From: Ginkgo biloba
Taxonomy: Eukaryota; Plantae; Ginkgophyta
Direction of reading: 5' to 3'
DNA: 46,449 bases
NCBI GenBank assembly: GCA_024626585.2
Contig: JANKJI020000004.1
Location: 35,951,089-35,997,537 of the forward strand
The notes beneath the pieces were generated by a model that was not told the DNA's origin, made no database searches, and saw only the letters and a program-made list of their open reading frames with translations. Positions 1 through 13,427 of the stretch are shown one piece after another. The translations under genes and the position numbers were made by a program. Numbering within the stretch: position 1 is the stretch's first letter; every line of letters begins with the position of its first letter.

Positions 1-385
1 AGTCACTTTCATTAATCATGTCTGCTGAATATGTACATTTACATATTAGTTATCATAATTTGTTCAACAATTACATCTTCTCAATACAACCTAAATACCC
101 ATTGACATTGTTAACACTCAGTAATGTCGACCCAAAAATAGGGTCAACAAGTACGAGTGCAAACATTTGGATGATTACTTTTGGGTTCGATTTGTCCTTG
201 TTTTATTAAATAGTCTAATCTTTTACCCAATAAAGAAGGGTTGATAATATTTTGGAAAGTCTTTTTTTATGCAATAATAGTATCAGTATACTTCAACATT
301 CATCTACATCTGTCTATTAGCATCCATCCAAAAATTGAAATGTAATAAATTTAAATCTATCCTTGAGTAGTGTCCTATTCATAAT

Positions 386-473
386 TAACTATGGTTGGCT
401 CAATACTTAATTGTGGTTTGCACATTACTTAACTGTGGCTAACTTAATACTTAAATATGGTTGGATGCAAGCA
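386..473 (+). repeat. Degenerate 22-bp tandem repeat, 4 units
   Basis: taactatggttggctcaatact / taattgtggtttgcacattact / taactgtggctaacttaatact / taaatatggttggatgcaagca. Confidence 0.75.
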
Positions 474-2199
474 TTATTAAAATATCATATGATAAAAAAA
501 GTTGATAAAAAATAGTAAAGTGTTAGTAAAATAACACTAAATAAGATTCAATAATATTAATATAATATGTTATAACAATTATTTTCCATAAGTTGGTACC
601 AGGGTATATAAGAGTGTTTACATACACATTAGTACAATCCCATGGCTAATATTTGTCACGACAATTATTCTTATTGAAGTTTGAAGGCTCTTGATTACCA
701 AAGATTACACAAAAAACCATGGATATTACATTAATGACTTTCACATTTGAAAGTAATATTTGTTTAGACTTGTGTTACATATGCAAAATCATAAATGCAG
801 ACACATTGAATACCTGTAATGTTGAGTTCCTTTTTGTATATTTTAGTCAAAATTTGTTTCCAATGATAGAATCATACCTAACGTAAATTTTGATTATGAA
901 AATGGCATTCACTTGCAAAAAGTCAATGGTGTTTGATTGGTATGTGGGTTCAATCTAACACATTTTATGTACCATAATTCAATTGAAATTGTGATTTTAC
1001 ATATATGTAGAAATTATTACCCCATAGATTTTGCTTAGCATTACTCTTTTAGAAGTGTTCATTAGCTCCAAGTAAACTATCTCTATTATTTGGCATCTTA
1101 TAGCTTGAATTCCATTGGAAATAATGAGAAACTACATAAGAAATTAAACGCTACTTGAAATGTGTAAATTTTGAGGGGTGTATGTGCGCATGCACACGTA
1201 CATACATTCTCTCTCTCTCTCTGGGACAAAACTATAGGCCCCTCGCAAATAATTGCCACAATACTAAACTATTATATTTTTAAATTGAAGCTTCCAAGGC
1301 ATCCCTTAAAACTTGTTTTTCCTCAAGGATGATAATATAAGCATAAAGTTTTGAACATTACAGCACAACATAAATAGCCTCCATTTTCTCAATACCACTA
1401 ATTGTAGGAGACACTACCTACAAGAACAAATGATTCTATTAAACAATATAAACAAAACATATACACATAATTGTGTTGACTAATTTAGAGTCTAGCATGC
1501 AAAGCCCACCATTGGCAATGGGTTGGCATCATAGTCATGACGAATACATCCATTAATTACACACAGGCATTGATAGTTCACAAGCACAGAATAGAATGGA
1601 CACATACATGGGGTACAATCCTCATTTATTACTCTAGATCATAGATACATATTTTGCAAATGCCAGAGCAAGCTTCTCACACCTAACCCTAGGAATTTGC
1701 ACTTAACTCTCACACCTAACTCATTCTCTCTCCTATTTATGGCTTTATATCTCTCTAAATGCCCATTGTCATGTCTCTTAAATGAAATGGCATAACTTTC
1801 TAGGCACTCGCTCATTAATTCCTTCATTATTACATCATTAAANNNNNNNNNNNNNNNNNNNNNNNNNNNNNNNNNNNNNNNNNNNNNNNNNNNNNNNNNN
1901 NNNNNNNNNNNNNNNNNNNNNNNNNNNNNNNNNNNNNNNNNNCCATTACTTCTTATTGGACCACACTCAGCAAATGGATTAAAGACAAGGGGAATTGTTG
2001 TCTTTGTCATAGGACCTCGACCGAATATGTTGAACAAATTCAGGCTTGCGCTAGGTGCCTTTTGGCTTCCTGTCGAATTTTCCATATGAAGAATGTTACT
2101 GTTGTTTCTGTAAGGTTGTTGCGGGTTATATCCTTGGGGATGTCCTCCAGAGGCACTCAGTTTCTCTTATGTGGCCATCGTGGACGACTTTGTATATAG

Positions 2200-3330
2200 C
2201 GGATTCTCATGCACACTAAAGGGTGTTCGCACGCATTTTAATGTTTTGTTAGGTTAGAGAAGCAAAAAGCTAACTATCAATAGCCCAAATCAATGCATGC
2301 AAGGGTTAAAATTATTCCTTGTGCAAAGGCGCCTTCAGTCAAGGCATTATCATCCCCCAAATGGTCTTCAATTAGAGCTCTAATTTCCCTAGGCTAAGTC
2401 ACTAGGGTTTTTGTAGTTAAAAGGTAGGAGAATTTCAAATTTTATATTACAACATACATGCATAGAATAAATTCATAATAGCATAATTATTGCCTCTAAA
2501 TGCAATGAATAAGCCCTATGACCAAGGGAACCCTACCTCAAGGTTTGTAAAACACTGATTATTAGGGCTTTAGATCCTTTCTAAGTGCATGTGAAATAGA
2601 GATATTATTCTGTGCAAAAACTGTGGAAAGAACATTAACGTGCGTATTCTGAAAATAGACAACATCACTATAGTTCAAGAAATACTTGCAATAATGACAA
2701 CTTACCTGGATGAAATATCAAAGTCTGTTGTCTTGAATACGTGTATGCTGCAAAATGCCCTAAATCAACCAAGAAAAGAGCTATGACTTGATCTAAGAGT
2801 CAAGTTGGGCGTTATTCTCCTACAGAAAATAGTCACTAGGTTTCTTATAAGGCCTACAACTTCTTTGTGGGGTTCATTGGACTCCAAAATGCTATAAAAG
2901 TCTGATCTAGTGCCTTCAATGAGGGTGCCTTCCCTCAAGGAAGAGATCTGAGTAGTTATTCAAGCTATGCGCTGGATTTCACTATGCATCCAATGACCCA
3001 GCTCCAGTTATGACAGAAATAGCAACAATCCAAAAAGAGTGACTCCTTAGGATGAAGTTCTATAGCCAGAATGCAAAAAACATCAAACAGAAAGAGAGTG
3101 CCTTGCAGAGATGATTGATAACAAGTCCATATTTTTGCCAAAAGCTGGGCACAATCCACCACATAAGGTTTGAGCTTAACCTTGGGGTTGCTCCATGCCC
3201 CAACAAGCCCTCTATGGCCCTTGCTAGCTAAAATTACACCATGAACAGAAGCACCCTTTATTGGACTACCCTTGTGGCCCTTTTCTTCACAATATTCTTT
3301 CACATGAACACTTTATCTGAAGTGCTGACC
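2200..3330 (-). mobile_element. Partial LTR (5' portion) of the Ty3/gypsy LTR family at 28252-30125, inverted orientation
   Basis: Reverse complement of about 3140-3300 (ttgtgaagaaaagggccacaagggtagtccaataaaggg...ccccaaggttaagctcaaaccttatgtggtggattgtgccca) aligns by eye to about 28425-28575 (ttgtgaagaaaagagccaagagggtgctccaacaaaggg...ccccaaggttaagttcaacccttatatggaggattttgccca). Left boundary approximate. Confidence 0.75.
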
Positions 3331-3429
3331 AATAACTGAAAAATACATGCATCGGCCTATAAACATAATTTAGGCTTTTTCACACTTCCTAAGATAAGAT
3401 TTGCTTGCCTTTCCCAGGCTGTAATAACT

Positions 3430-3689
3430 ATATTACTACCAGAGGTTTGGCTGCCAACCAAATAGGCCCTTTTAAATGATCTCCAATGGCCAACAGTTGA
3501 TGCTAAGCTAGTTACCCAGTCTAACTTTGCCCCTAACAATCTATCTTTTTGTCATGTATTTACACTCTGTGTGTGCATTAATCATTAATTAATGTAAATG
3601 AAAAATTGTTATNNNNNNNNNNNNNNNNNNNNNNNNNNNNNNNNNNNTAAATGTGTTGGCATGCAAGTCGAGAAGGCAGGACTGTTACA
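3430..3689 (+). mobile_element. 3' end of the same LTR family, plus orientation
   Basis: actaccagaggtttggctgccaaccaaataggcccttt matches about 29820. tttacactctgtgtgtgcattaatcattaattaat matches about 29995. taaatgtgttggcatgcaagtcgagaaggcaggactgttaca matches the LTR terminus at 30084-30125. Confidence 0.8.
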
Positions 3690-5448
3690 CCTTTTAACCT
3701 AGAAAGATACATTGTGTATCATGTGATGTAGTGTAAACTCAAAAGAAACCAGGATACAAAACTGCATTTATTAAACTAAGAAAGTTTCTTGAATAATAAG
3801 ATTAGGCTACAATTTCAAATCCTGCTGGCTTTGATCTAATGCAAAATCCCTGATGGAGACCAAGTAGCAATGAGGACATACCTGCAATGCCAATACAATA
3901 GCGTGCAAAGATAATNNNNNNNNNNNNNNNNNNNNNNNNNNNNNNNNNNNNNNNNNNNNNNNNNNNNNNNNNNNNNNNNNNNNNNNNNNNNNNNNNNNNN
4001 NNNNNNNNNNNNNNNTTTGTAAAAAATAATACAAAGGAAGAAATAAGGAGAAAAGGCCAGAAGTTATTCATATTTTGTATTAGGAGACATAAGGAGTCAT
4101 TTTTTACTGAATTTTTGTAAAGGTGTTGTGAAGAAAACCATAGTATTTAATAAAAATGCAAAGTTTTTAGTGTTTGTGACCTTGATCTAGCTCGAAATGG
4201 AATAGGGGTATCAAAGTTGCATTTGTGCGATTGACTTTGGCATTTTTTCTATTTCCTTAGTACAACCATTTGGACTAAATAACCTTTTAATCATGAAATG
4301 AACACCTGCACTGGTAGTCAGAAATTTTTCAGAGCCAGTATTGCCTTTGTGCATGCTGCCTGTGTGCATTGACATCATCAAATGAATGAAGAGTCAAAGC
4401 ACATTGTCTAAATAACTGGATGAGGTGGGTAAGCCCTGTAGCACCACTGAATGGTATATATGATCTGATGCATTGGTAGGATGACACAAGACACATGCTT
4501 CTCTTGTTGGAGATTATAATTGGGTGTCTAGCATCACAAAAGTTGAAGCTTGCTTGATGTGCTCACAAGTTTACTAAATGGTAATGATCACACAGTGAAG
4601 CATAATGAGCGATCATTATTTGGCCAGTAGACATGACCACAAGCCCTTGGTAGTTAACCAAGACTGAGTGGCCATACAAAATGAGTCTCTCTCTTATGCA
4701 AAGCATGCATTCTTGGAAGTATTTCTAAGTGACTTGTTTAGAAGGTCCTCATTACGTAACAGATTCTAGTTTCCAATGTCCCGTTGGGTAGGAAGATTAT
4801 GTATGTTTTCCCCCTCCTCTTTCTCATCTATTACAAGAAGTGTGACAGAGAGCTAAAAGATTTCATTTTGATTAAAGAATTGCACCATGGCATATTTGTT
4901 TTATCTGTTATTTCTAGATTACTTTTCTTTCTAATGTCTGCTTCAACCTTGAGTACCCATGTTACTGATTGGGTGTAACTTTCCATCAATAGTCCAACAA
5001 GTTTATCTTTCCCCTTAAGAGTGCACACAAAGTGTCAAACAGTTGAGAAAATGGAAAATGGAAGTCAAGGAGAAGAATTTGCAACCTTCTCTAGTAGAGA
5101 AATCTACAACTGTTAAAATATATGGAAACAATAGGGAATTTAGAAATCAAAGACAATCAAGTATTGTTCGGGGCATTCAACTGCTATTAATTCTAACCTA
5201 ACTAGTCATACAGCATATATCTGGAGTTTATTGCAAGGGAAACATTGGCTTCCGCAGAAAAGGCTTCTAAATATGGATTTTCAACGAAAAAGATGATCAA
5301 GTATTATTTGGCATTCAACTGAAATCAATTCCAACATTGTCCGACCACTTATATCTGATTAGATTTATTGGAAAGGAAACAACATTTTCCATATAAAAGA
5401 CTGCTAAGTACAGGAACAAGATCCTGATCTTAAAATTCATATTGATAC

Positions 5449-5543
5449 CTGGAGTCATTCCAAGTTCACGCATTCGAGAAAGTATGCACTTTTGCAACAT
5501 CAACTGCTGATCAAGCCAGCTCTGAGGTAAAGGGCCTCCCCAG
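5449..5543 (-). CDS. NAGLU: Alpha-N-acetylglucosaminidase internal exon, third visible
   Basis: tgatag|C TGG GGA GGC CCT ... ACT CCA G|gtatca, 95 bp. Translates WGGPLPQSWLDQQLMLQKCILSRMRELGMTP. Its phase-2 start completes the Gly codon GG|C. Confidence 0.96.
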
Positions 5544-6025
5544 CTATCATATTCAGACAGATACCAAAAATGAGAATTATCTCAAAAAAGGATATAATGC
5601 ATTGAGTAGAAAAAAAGATATGATAAATCACAAGATGAAGAGACATCGAGACTGATATTGAAGCAAAACAGAAATTTTATTGCTGTTTGCAAGCCATATG
5701 GGCCTAATACACATGCATGCATGTGTTCCCAAGATTATTCATCCAGGCACATGGCACTGAATATAATCTTTACAAAACATATAACCTATACAATGAAAAC
5801 AAATGAGGAAGAAAGAGGAGAGAACCAACAATTGGATTGTAGATCATGTTCAGCTAATTCTCACATGTTTCTTGTTCTTAGTGAGGCGTTGGATGTTTTC
5901 TTAATATTTAAACTGCACTTCACAGAGGATAAAGGGAGACGAAATGACATGTTAACAAAACTGAAATGAAATTTGAAGTTGAGCACTACTGCTTGGTAGG
6001 GATATAAAAGTTTTAAATATCATAC

Positions 6026-6111
6026 CCATGTAAGTTTCCCATTCTTTCCCAAGCTAGAAATGCCGGCCCTCCAAAGAAGTCATCCAAATCTGTTTTACTC
6101 ATATTGTACCT
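6026..6111 (-). CDS. NAGLU: Alpha-N-acetylglucosaminidase internal exon, second visible
   Basis: ctacag|AGG TAC AAT ... TTA CAT GG|gtatga, 86 bp. Translates [29 protein letters not shown] (GH89 motif [15 protein letters not shown]). Its phase-0 start matches the phase-0 end of the preceding exon. Not in the ORF track. Confidence 0.96.
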
Positions 6112-6922
6112 CTGTAGCCAACAATTCCAGCATTCAATACAAAGAAGAACAAACTTGCAGAAAAGCAAGCTATATGCATTATTCAATGTTTATCACATGT
6201 GCTGGTGGAAATATTTCTGCCCTTATCACCTAATTTACAAGAAAAGATTCAAAACTTTCTCTATGAACTTAGGGTCTAGAAAAATTTCACTTCAACCAAG
6301 CATCAAGGTAGACAAAAATTCATGAGGTAAAACATGGAAAGTTCAAACATAATATGGACTGTACTCAAAACCAGCTAATCTTTGCACATAGAAATATGTA
6401 AAAAGAAGAGAAAAGTTCACCAAAGTAGAACTTATTTTATCTGTAAAAATTACATTGGCTTGTGGTAAAAATAATAAGTGTATAGGAGGAGAAGAGTCAG
6501 CCACTTGATGTGGGGAAAACAAGGTACAGCGAGATTGACCAATGTCATCGTCCAACAAAGATCAGGTTATGACAAGACTTCTCAACCTAATCCATACAAA
6601 GAAACACACTACTATAGTCCATCGAAATCACATCATAAGTGGCCTCATCCACATATTATTTAACTTTGAATACTCTTACCTCTTAACAAGCTAATCCTTG
6701 GCCATTCTTAGCAATCTCTGTTGTTTGTGACTTATTTGTNNNNNNNNNNNNNNNNNNNNNNNNNNNNNNNNTCATTTGATGAGAAATATCCATGATAAAC
6801 CCAACCTTGGTTCATCCTCAACTTTTATTAAACGAGCCTCCCTTATCTCTAATACTAGAGCATCTATTTTTTCTAATGTCTTAGCTTTGATATGTACACT
6901 TTCCTAGATGATATTTCACCTG

Positions 6923-8078
6923 ATTTGGTACCAATTGATGCAACCACCTAGTGATGATAGCTTGAAAACCACTATGATGACCACCAAGTGATGTNNNNNN
7001 NNNNNNNNNNNNNNNNNNNNNCTCTCTCTTATAATAATAAGCAAGCAAGACAACTTGGTTAATCTAAATTCATGATCTTATGTGTGTGTGGGTTTTGATG
7101 GTGAAACATAATAAGAGACAAAAATGAGAGAAAAAATACACACAAGCCTATTGGCTATAATTAGAATTATTTTTCATTAATAATCCACCCTAAAAGGGTC
7201 TTATAGATATAATACAAGGAAAATATTACTATAATTCCAAGGTCTCCATCCCCCGAAGGAGATCACAATATAACTATAGACAGTCCTCTCCACTTTCTTC
7301 CCTAATANNNNNNNNNNNNNNNNNNNNNNNNNNNNNNNNNNNNNNNNNNNNNNNNNNNNNNNNNNNNNNNNNNNNNNNNNNNNTCTATGACTCTACTCTT
7401 TGTCTTCAACTCTCCATCCCATATTTTGATGTCCTTTAATTTCTTCTGGCATTCCCTACTTTCTATGATTTGGTAGTAATCATCTTCTCCTCATCCTCTT
7501 GGATGATAACTTGTTCTCTCTATCCTCTTCTATGGAATCACTATCCTCCTCCTTCATTGCAGGGTAATTTTTTCCTCTTTGTTTTCTCTTCTTCTCTTGC
7601 TACCCTACTCTAGAAGGTTCTCTATAGGAGCTAAAATATCTCACTTATTTATTCGATGGTTGAGCAATTAATATCTCTATTAATTATTCTTGCACTTGAA
7701 TTCACTTACCATCTTTGAGCTATAATGTTGCTCTCTCCTAAATTATTTACTTCAAGGGGTAGGTTCACCTATTGCCTTAAATACTCAAGTTTAAAATTCT
7801 CACTGTGATAATTTTATCTCTACCAAGTCTTTGTTTATCATCATTGCCCCTCTCTTTGTTAGTACTTCTAGTGCTATAGTTGGTTGTCGTTATCCTACCA
7901 TTATTTTTGTTTCCCTATTCTCATCATTATTGATCCTTTATATTTTATCCTTTTGATTATCACTAGTGTTAGTTATCTTACTGTCAGTCCTCTTCTACTA
8001 TTAGTGTTGACTATCATTGATCCTCCATTGTTGTGCTTTGGTTATCAATGTCTACTATCAGTGTCAACTCCCCCAAAA
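6923..8078 (-). mobile_element. LTR retrotransposon LTR remnant(s)
   Basis: Minus-strand polypurine tract ttttgggggag at 8078-8068 directly followed by t-tga. A PBS-like tggtacca follows a ...catca terminus near 6935-6925. Contains gaps and may be two elements. Confidence 0.45.
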
Positions 8079-10099
8079 TATGTCAAAATCAAAACTTGAT
8101 GATTCTAGTACATCATCCAAAAGACCACAACCTAATTTCTCCTAGGGTATTATCATTTTTCTTACCTCTTAAGTGGTGCTTCAAAAAAGATCATAAAATG
8201 TATTCGCTTACATGGTTGATTACATCAACATGATCGCTATAACCATCTTAACACCTACCCTTTATAGTTTAGGCCATTGCTAATTTTGTACCATAAGCAT
8301 GAAATATGCATGTGCTAATGTTATTTTAATAGCACATAATGATTTATGGGGACCATCCATGTTTTTTTGTGAAAAGAATGTCACATGTGCCACATTTATA
8401 GCAATTGAAGAATTCATTCTAAAGATTTAAAAAAAATGCACTTATACTCCTTTTTTCCATTTGTGAATGTTATTTTTATCTAAAAAGTGGTAGTTATTAT
8501 AATACTCTGTCTTGTGCTCTTTCCTCATTCTTCTATTTAAAAGGAAAATAATTTACTTTTCAAACAAAAATTTCCAAGTATGATACAATGTATCGTGGAG
8601 GCATGTTTATTATATTTTTCCAAATGTATAATGCTAAGAGAACAATACATTGTATGGCCCTTTTTAACTTTATTTATTTTTTAAATAAATTTTAAGTGCT
8701 TTTTCTAACCTATGAAGTTGGTGCAAATTTGTTTGTACATTTTAATTAAGTTATAAATAATTAATACGTTTTAGATTAAGTATATAACAAATACTACTAT
8801 CAACTATCAGATCCTTATGGTTATATAACTTGTGATGTTTAAATAATTTCAAGTTAAGGGTTTTTGTGTAATAGTTACAAAATTCATTGAAAGATAATTT
8901 TCACCTTTTTTGGGCATGGATATGTAAATTAATGCTTTCTAAACATCCTCAAGATTTTAGCATTACTATTACATAATTTTAATCTTAAAAAGGTGTTTGA
9001 GAATCATTCCAGAAATAATAAATTACCCTTTCTAATATTGTACTTATGAAAAATATAATATCATTTACTTTTAAAAGCACTTGATATAACTATCCATAAC
9101 TAGTTAAAATAAAACTTCTAAGTTAATTTAATGGTTCATCCATAGTATATATACTAAAAATACATGTGTGTTTGATTGACAACCTTTGCCTTCCCTCATT
9201 TTAAGAAAAAATGAAATAAAATAAAATAACAAGAGCCACATGGTGGGAAGTCCCTTCCCTTTTTTTTAACCACAAAAAAGAAGAAGATTAAAGGTAGGCA
9301 CACAATTATTGATATGCCATTGAGATAGGTTACTCAAGTTTCATGAACCTAATGTTCCTTCTTTTGAGAAGGGACAATAAAAAGATAACCTCCTTCCATG
9401 TGACCATATTGAACATTTTTGTACGCACTCTATTCCAATACTTCAAACACATTTAGATTTTAAGAATACAAATCAACACTGATTAGGGCAAAGGTGGATG
9501 TTCTACAGTACTAATTATCCTGACAAACATTAAGTTTTCTTGGCATTTTAGAGTTAACATGCAATCCCCAAAAGTGAGTCACGAGGTATGGAGTGAGCAG
9601 GGGTTATGTTATAGTAGATGTGAGACGTGCAAGAAACATATGATGGGCAACATGGTGCATTAAGTGAGATGTTTAAAAATCCTCGTTTCAATTGAAGTAA
9701 AGAATAACAATATATACNNNNNNNNNNNNNNNNNNNNNNNNNNNNNNNNNNNNNNNNNNNNNNNNNNNNNNNNNNNNNNNNNNNNNNNNNNNNNNNNNNN
9801 NNNNNNNNNNNNNNNNNGATGATTACCACATGTATCAATGCACTTGAGGATAAAATTTCTTAGCTCTTTGCATGTGAGTGTAAGACCTTTCCAAACAGCT
9901 TTAACCTCAAGATTCTTCAGATCAATGCAAAGCTGTCTGATCGCTTCTTGTTTCCCCATTCTGGGTTGCAGATCATCCATATTGAATGACCTCCGAGTTA
10001 ATTAATCGTAGACACTTACATTGATTTGACCCATCCATGAAAAGAGGTCACTAAAGAAAGAAATATTTCTCTTTGTTCTTTTGCCTTTTCAACACCAGC

Positions 10100-11000
10100 A
10101 GAAAGACTGCCTTTAACTTGTAAAGATCAAGCCTATTGCAGGCTCTCAGGACGTGTTTAATATCCTCTGGAAACATGGCATAGTGGTTGACCTCATAGCT
10201 CATTAATTTGGACCCAAATCCTCCTTTTCTGGATACAATTTTCACCATCACTTCTTCTGAGGTATTTTTCCACATTTCAAATATTGACCAAAGCAATTGA
10301 AGTCTTCCAAACATCCCTATAGATAGAAGAATAACCATTTGTTCCTAGACCTTGCCCATTGACTTCAAAACTGATAGGGAGGGATGACAGACATTATTTA
10401 GGGATTCACGTTCAGAATCGGCAGAGCCAGTATTATGGGTTTACACAGGGTGCCTAATGAAAAGAATGGAATTTTTCATGGAATCGGAGACTTTTAAGAG
10501 TTGGATGGATTGCAGAGACTGAGTGACTTCTTGGAGGAAGGTATACTGTTAGTAGTGAGAGTATGCACCCAATTTTGCAGATATCAATATACAACAATCC
10601 CCACATATCGTAGTAAACACTAGAATTGGAAACAAAGATTGTCAATGTAAAGAGAATATTCAGCAGCATAAGGAGCGATAAAAATAGATCTCACTCGCCC
10701 ACATAAACCAACAGGGTGATTATTATGGAGGAGATATGCTTGAAGGCTATATCTCTTCTACTGTCTAGAATCCAGATTGAAAGTATGGACCTCATACCAA
10801 AAGAAAATTTTCTTGTTACTTCCCCATTGAAGAGTCTTTGGATATATGTAGTGACACCATGTTTTGTATACTCTGCAGCTCTAGGGCATTTCATAGGATC
10901 TCCGTACCAGAAAATTATACCTCTAGCGTACTGCATTGTATGACATACAATATTTGGTATCATATCCCTTAGTAGAAATCACCCCACAAAGGTAATCAAA
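10100..11000 (-). mobile_element. Highly decayed LINE ORF2 3' remnant (post-RT and RNase H-like region)
   Basis: Stop-ridden frames give WGSNKKIFFWYE (cf. LINE GNG..I.FW.D) and IKHVLRACNRL (cf. RVT_3 RNase H .SHV.RE.N..AD). Motif similarity is weak. Confidence 0.35.
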
Positions 11001-12199
11001 CAAATTGAAGAAAGGATCCTTGGTGTTACCCAAAGATTCTTGGTGTCATTCTAGCGATGGAGGGGCACCCAACTGGGGTCAGAGGGGAGTTGCACCCCAC
11101 GGGCCTCTTCTAGGTAGAACTTGGCACGATGTTTTTCTGAGGCTTAAAAAAATCCTCATAAAGAGTACAGGTCTAATTTATTAAGTNNNNNNNNNNNNNN
11201 NNNNNNNNNNNNNNNNNNNNNNNNNNNNNNNNNNNNNNNNNNNNNNNNNNNNNNNNNNNNNNNNNNNNNNNNNNNNNNNNNNNNNNTAGTTATTTCTTTC
11301 ATATCTACAATCAGTCATTTTCATTTATTGTGGCTTACAATGCACATTTTCACTAAAGGATTGTTCAAATCTAATCCTTGTGGTAAACAAACCTCATTGG
11401 AGGGGTTAGTACAAACGTTTACTACATTGTGGGGCCTAATGAACCTATAGAAGAAGTCATAGGACATTACCAACACCCAACGACTTGTTTCTGCACATGT
11501 ACTTCATCATCTTCAATTGTGTAAGTAATTCGCTGCATTATGGAAGGTTGAAATAAGACGTTAGGTCTGTATAAGAGTTTGGCTTCTTCAAATCTTTGAC
11601 TTTGACCAGTATGTCACCATAAAATTGCCACAACACTTCACCTTGGAGAGCATCCTCAATGGTGTGTGCCCTCGATTCCTTCCCCTAGCTAGACTCTGGA
11701 AAGGTATAACCTTTCATTGTTACTAGTTAAAGGGATTGGACAGGGGTAAGTACTTGTTTAATGAAACTTTCTACATTAATTGAAGAGAACAATAGTGCAC
11801 TGGAAGAAATGATACTTCATTGATTCAGTGAGGACTCCTCACTAGATTAAATACATAAGAGACTCAATGCATGACAACCACTAGTTAGATTAAGAACAAA
11901 AGTGGGTTATAACACATAACCCTTATTAAGTTACACATATAAGTCTAATGTTCTAAAGTACAATCAAAGCAGTAAACATTAACATTAATTTGTACTTATG
12001 TGTTGTGCATTCATCTTTGCACATTTTCCTGCACGTTACATCAATAATTATTATTTATTTACTCACTTCATTCATTCTAAATTTGTATAATTAAGGCTTG
12101 CATTTAGTTATCGAATATTAATTGTGTGACTAAATAATTATTTCGAATAGGGTTTATTTCCAATTATTTAATTTATGATTAGCTATTTTGTTCACACCA

Positions 12200-13327
12200 G
12201 CTAATCACAGACAATTTTCCATTTTGGATTAGGGTTTCCTAATTTCTATTGTTATATTAGGAACTTCTTTAAAACCATACATAAGGGCTTTCTTTCTCAT
12301 AATGGACAGTTTCATAATTGAGATTTTGGTTGTTGAGTTCAAGAAATTTTTAGAGCTTTGCATCCTTCATTCTTGTTTCCTTTTTGTTGAATCTCTAGGA
12401 ATCTATTTTGGTATCCACGTTCCATTGAGTTCTCTAATAGATCGAAAGATTCCATCTTCCATTACATGGCTGAAGCAAATCTTTGTTTAACATGTTCCCT
12501 ATTGATTTTCATATAGAGGATCCACAATTCCAATACATGGAATTTTGGCATAGACAGGGAAACTTGCAACGTCGCAAAAAAGGTATGTTGTCAGAGAAGG
12601 GCAAACCCACAATGCGGACAGGGAAAGGCGCAACGTCAAGGGGGATACCCACAATGTCCTGTAATTTTTAAATAGAGAGCAAAAATTATTTTGAGTTTGA
12701 TTCTAGTCAGAGGCGTCTAGTCCAATCAGCCTTAGCAACCTCCAGTCAACATCCAAAAGTTGTAGAACATCTTCTATCTTTAGAGCATTCTTTTTAGTGT
12801 ATCCAAAGTAATCAAGCCTTCCACTCACTCACTCTCGAATCTTTGTTGAACAATATACATATCTTCATACACATCAATTGGTATCACAACCTCTTTCCAA
12901 GTTTTGAATTTTTAAGCCATATGTTTTCTTTGATTTATTTTGCCTCTCTCTATATATTTGCTTGGGAAATCTATCTTTTTCTGCGCGGGTCATTCATGGC
13001 ACCTCCCAAGAACAATGCCCCTTCAACTCATACTAATCCTCCCCTTAAGGATATAGAGCTTATTAAAAAAAATATAGCTACTCTTTAGTTGGAAGCTACT
13101 AAGGCCGCTCAATAACATCAAGACCTCATGGACATGTACCTAGCCCTTCAACATAGTATTTCCAATAGAGGATTTGCTTCCTCTTCTTCTTTCCAACCCT
13201 CTTCCAGCACCGCTAGATCAATGATAAAAGTGGATACAAAGATTGAATTGGTCCCCTTTAGTGGAACCATATATGTAGACAAGTCAATGTATGGATTAGG
13301 GATCTTGAAGTTTATTTCAGGATGCAA
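12200..13327 (+). mobile_element. Ty3/gypsy 5' LTR end, tRNA-iMet PBS and degenerate gag start
   Basis: ...acatca (12876) followed by PBS tggtatcacaacc (12879-12891; consensus TGGTATCAGAGC). Then gag-like IKVDTKIELVPFSGTIYVDK and, after a frameshift, WIRDLEVYF. LTR start approximate. Confidence 0.7.
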
Positions 13328-13427
13328 NNNNNNNNNNNNNNNNNNNNNNNNNNNNNNNNNNNNNNNNNNNNNNNNNNNNNNNNNNNNNNNNNNNNNNNNN
13401 NNNNNNNNNNNNNNNNNNNNNNNNNNN

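Noticed and set aside
386-473. CRISPR-like periodicity (also 21376-21830 and 33390-33585)
   Set aside because: These are contiguous degenerate tandem units without unique spacers, in a eukaryotic context with no cas genes.
2965-3303. 112-aa ORF as a protein-coding gene
   Set aside because: It lies inside an LTR, and the homologous LTR copies do not preserve the frame.
8240-9200. Possible DNA transposon or MITE remnant (AT-rich)
   Set aside because: No terminal inverted repeats, TSD or transposase motif could be identified.
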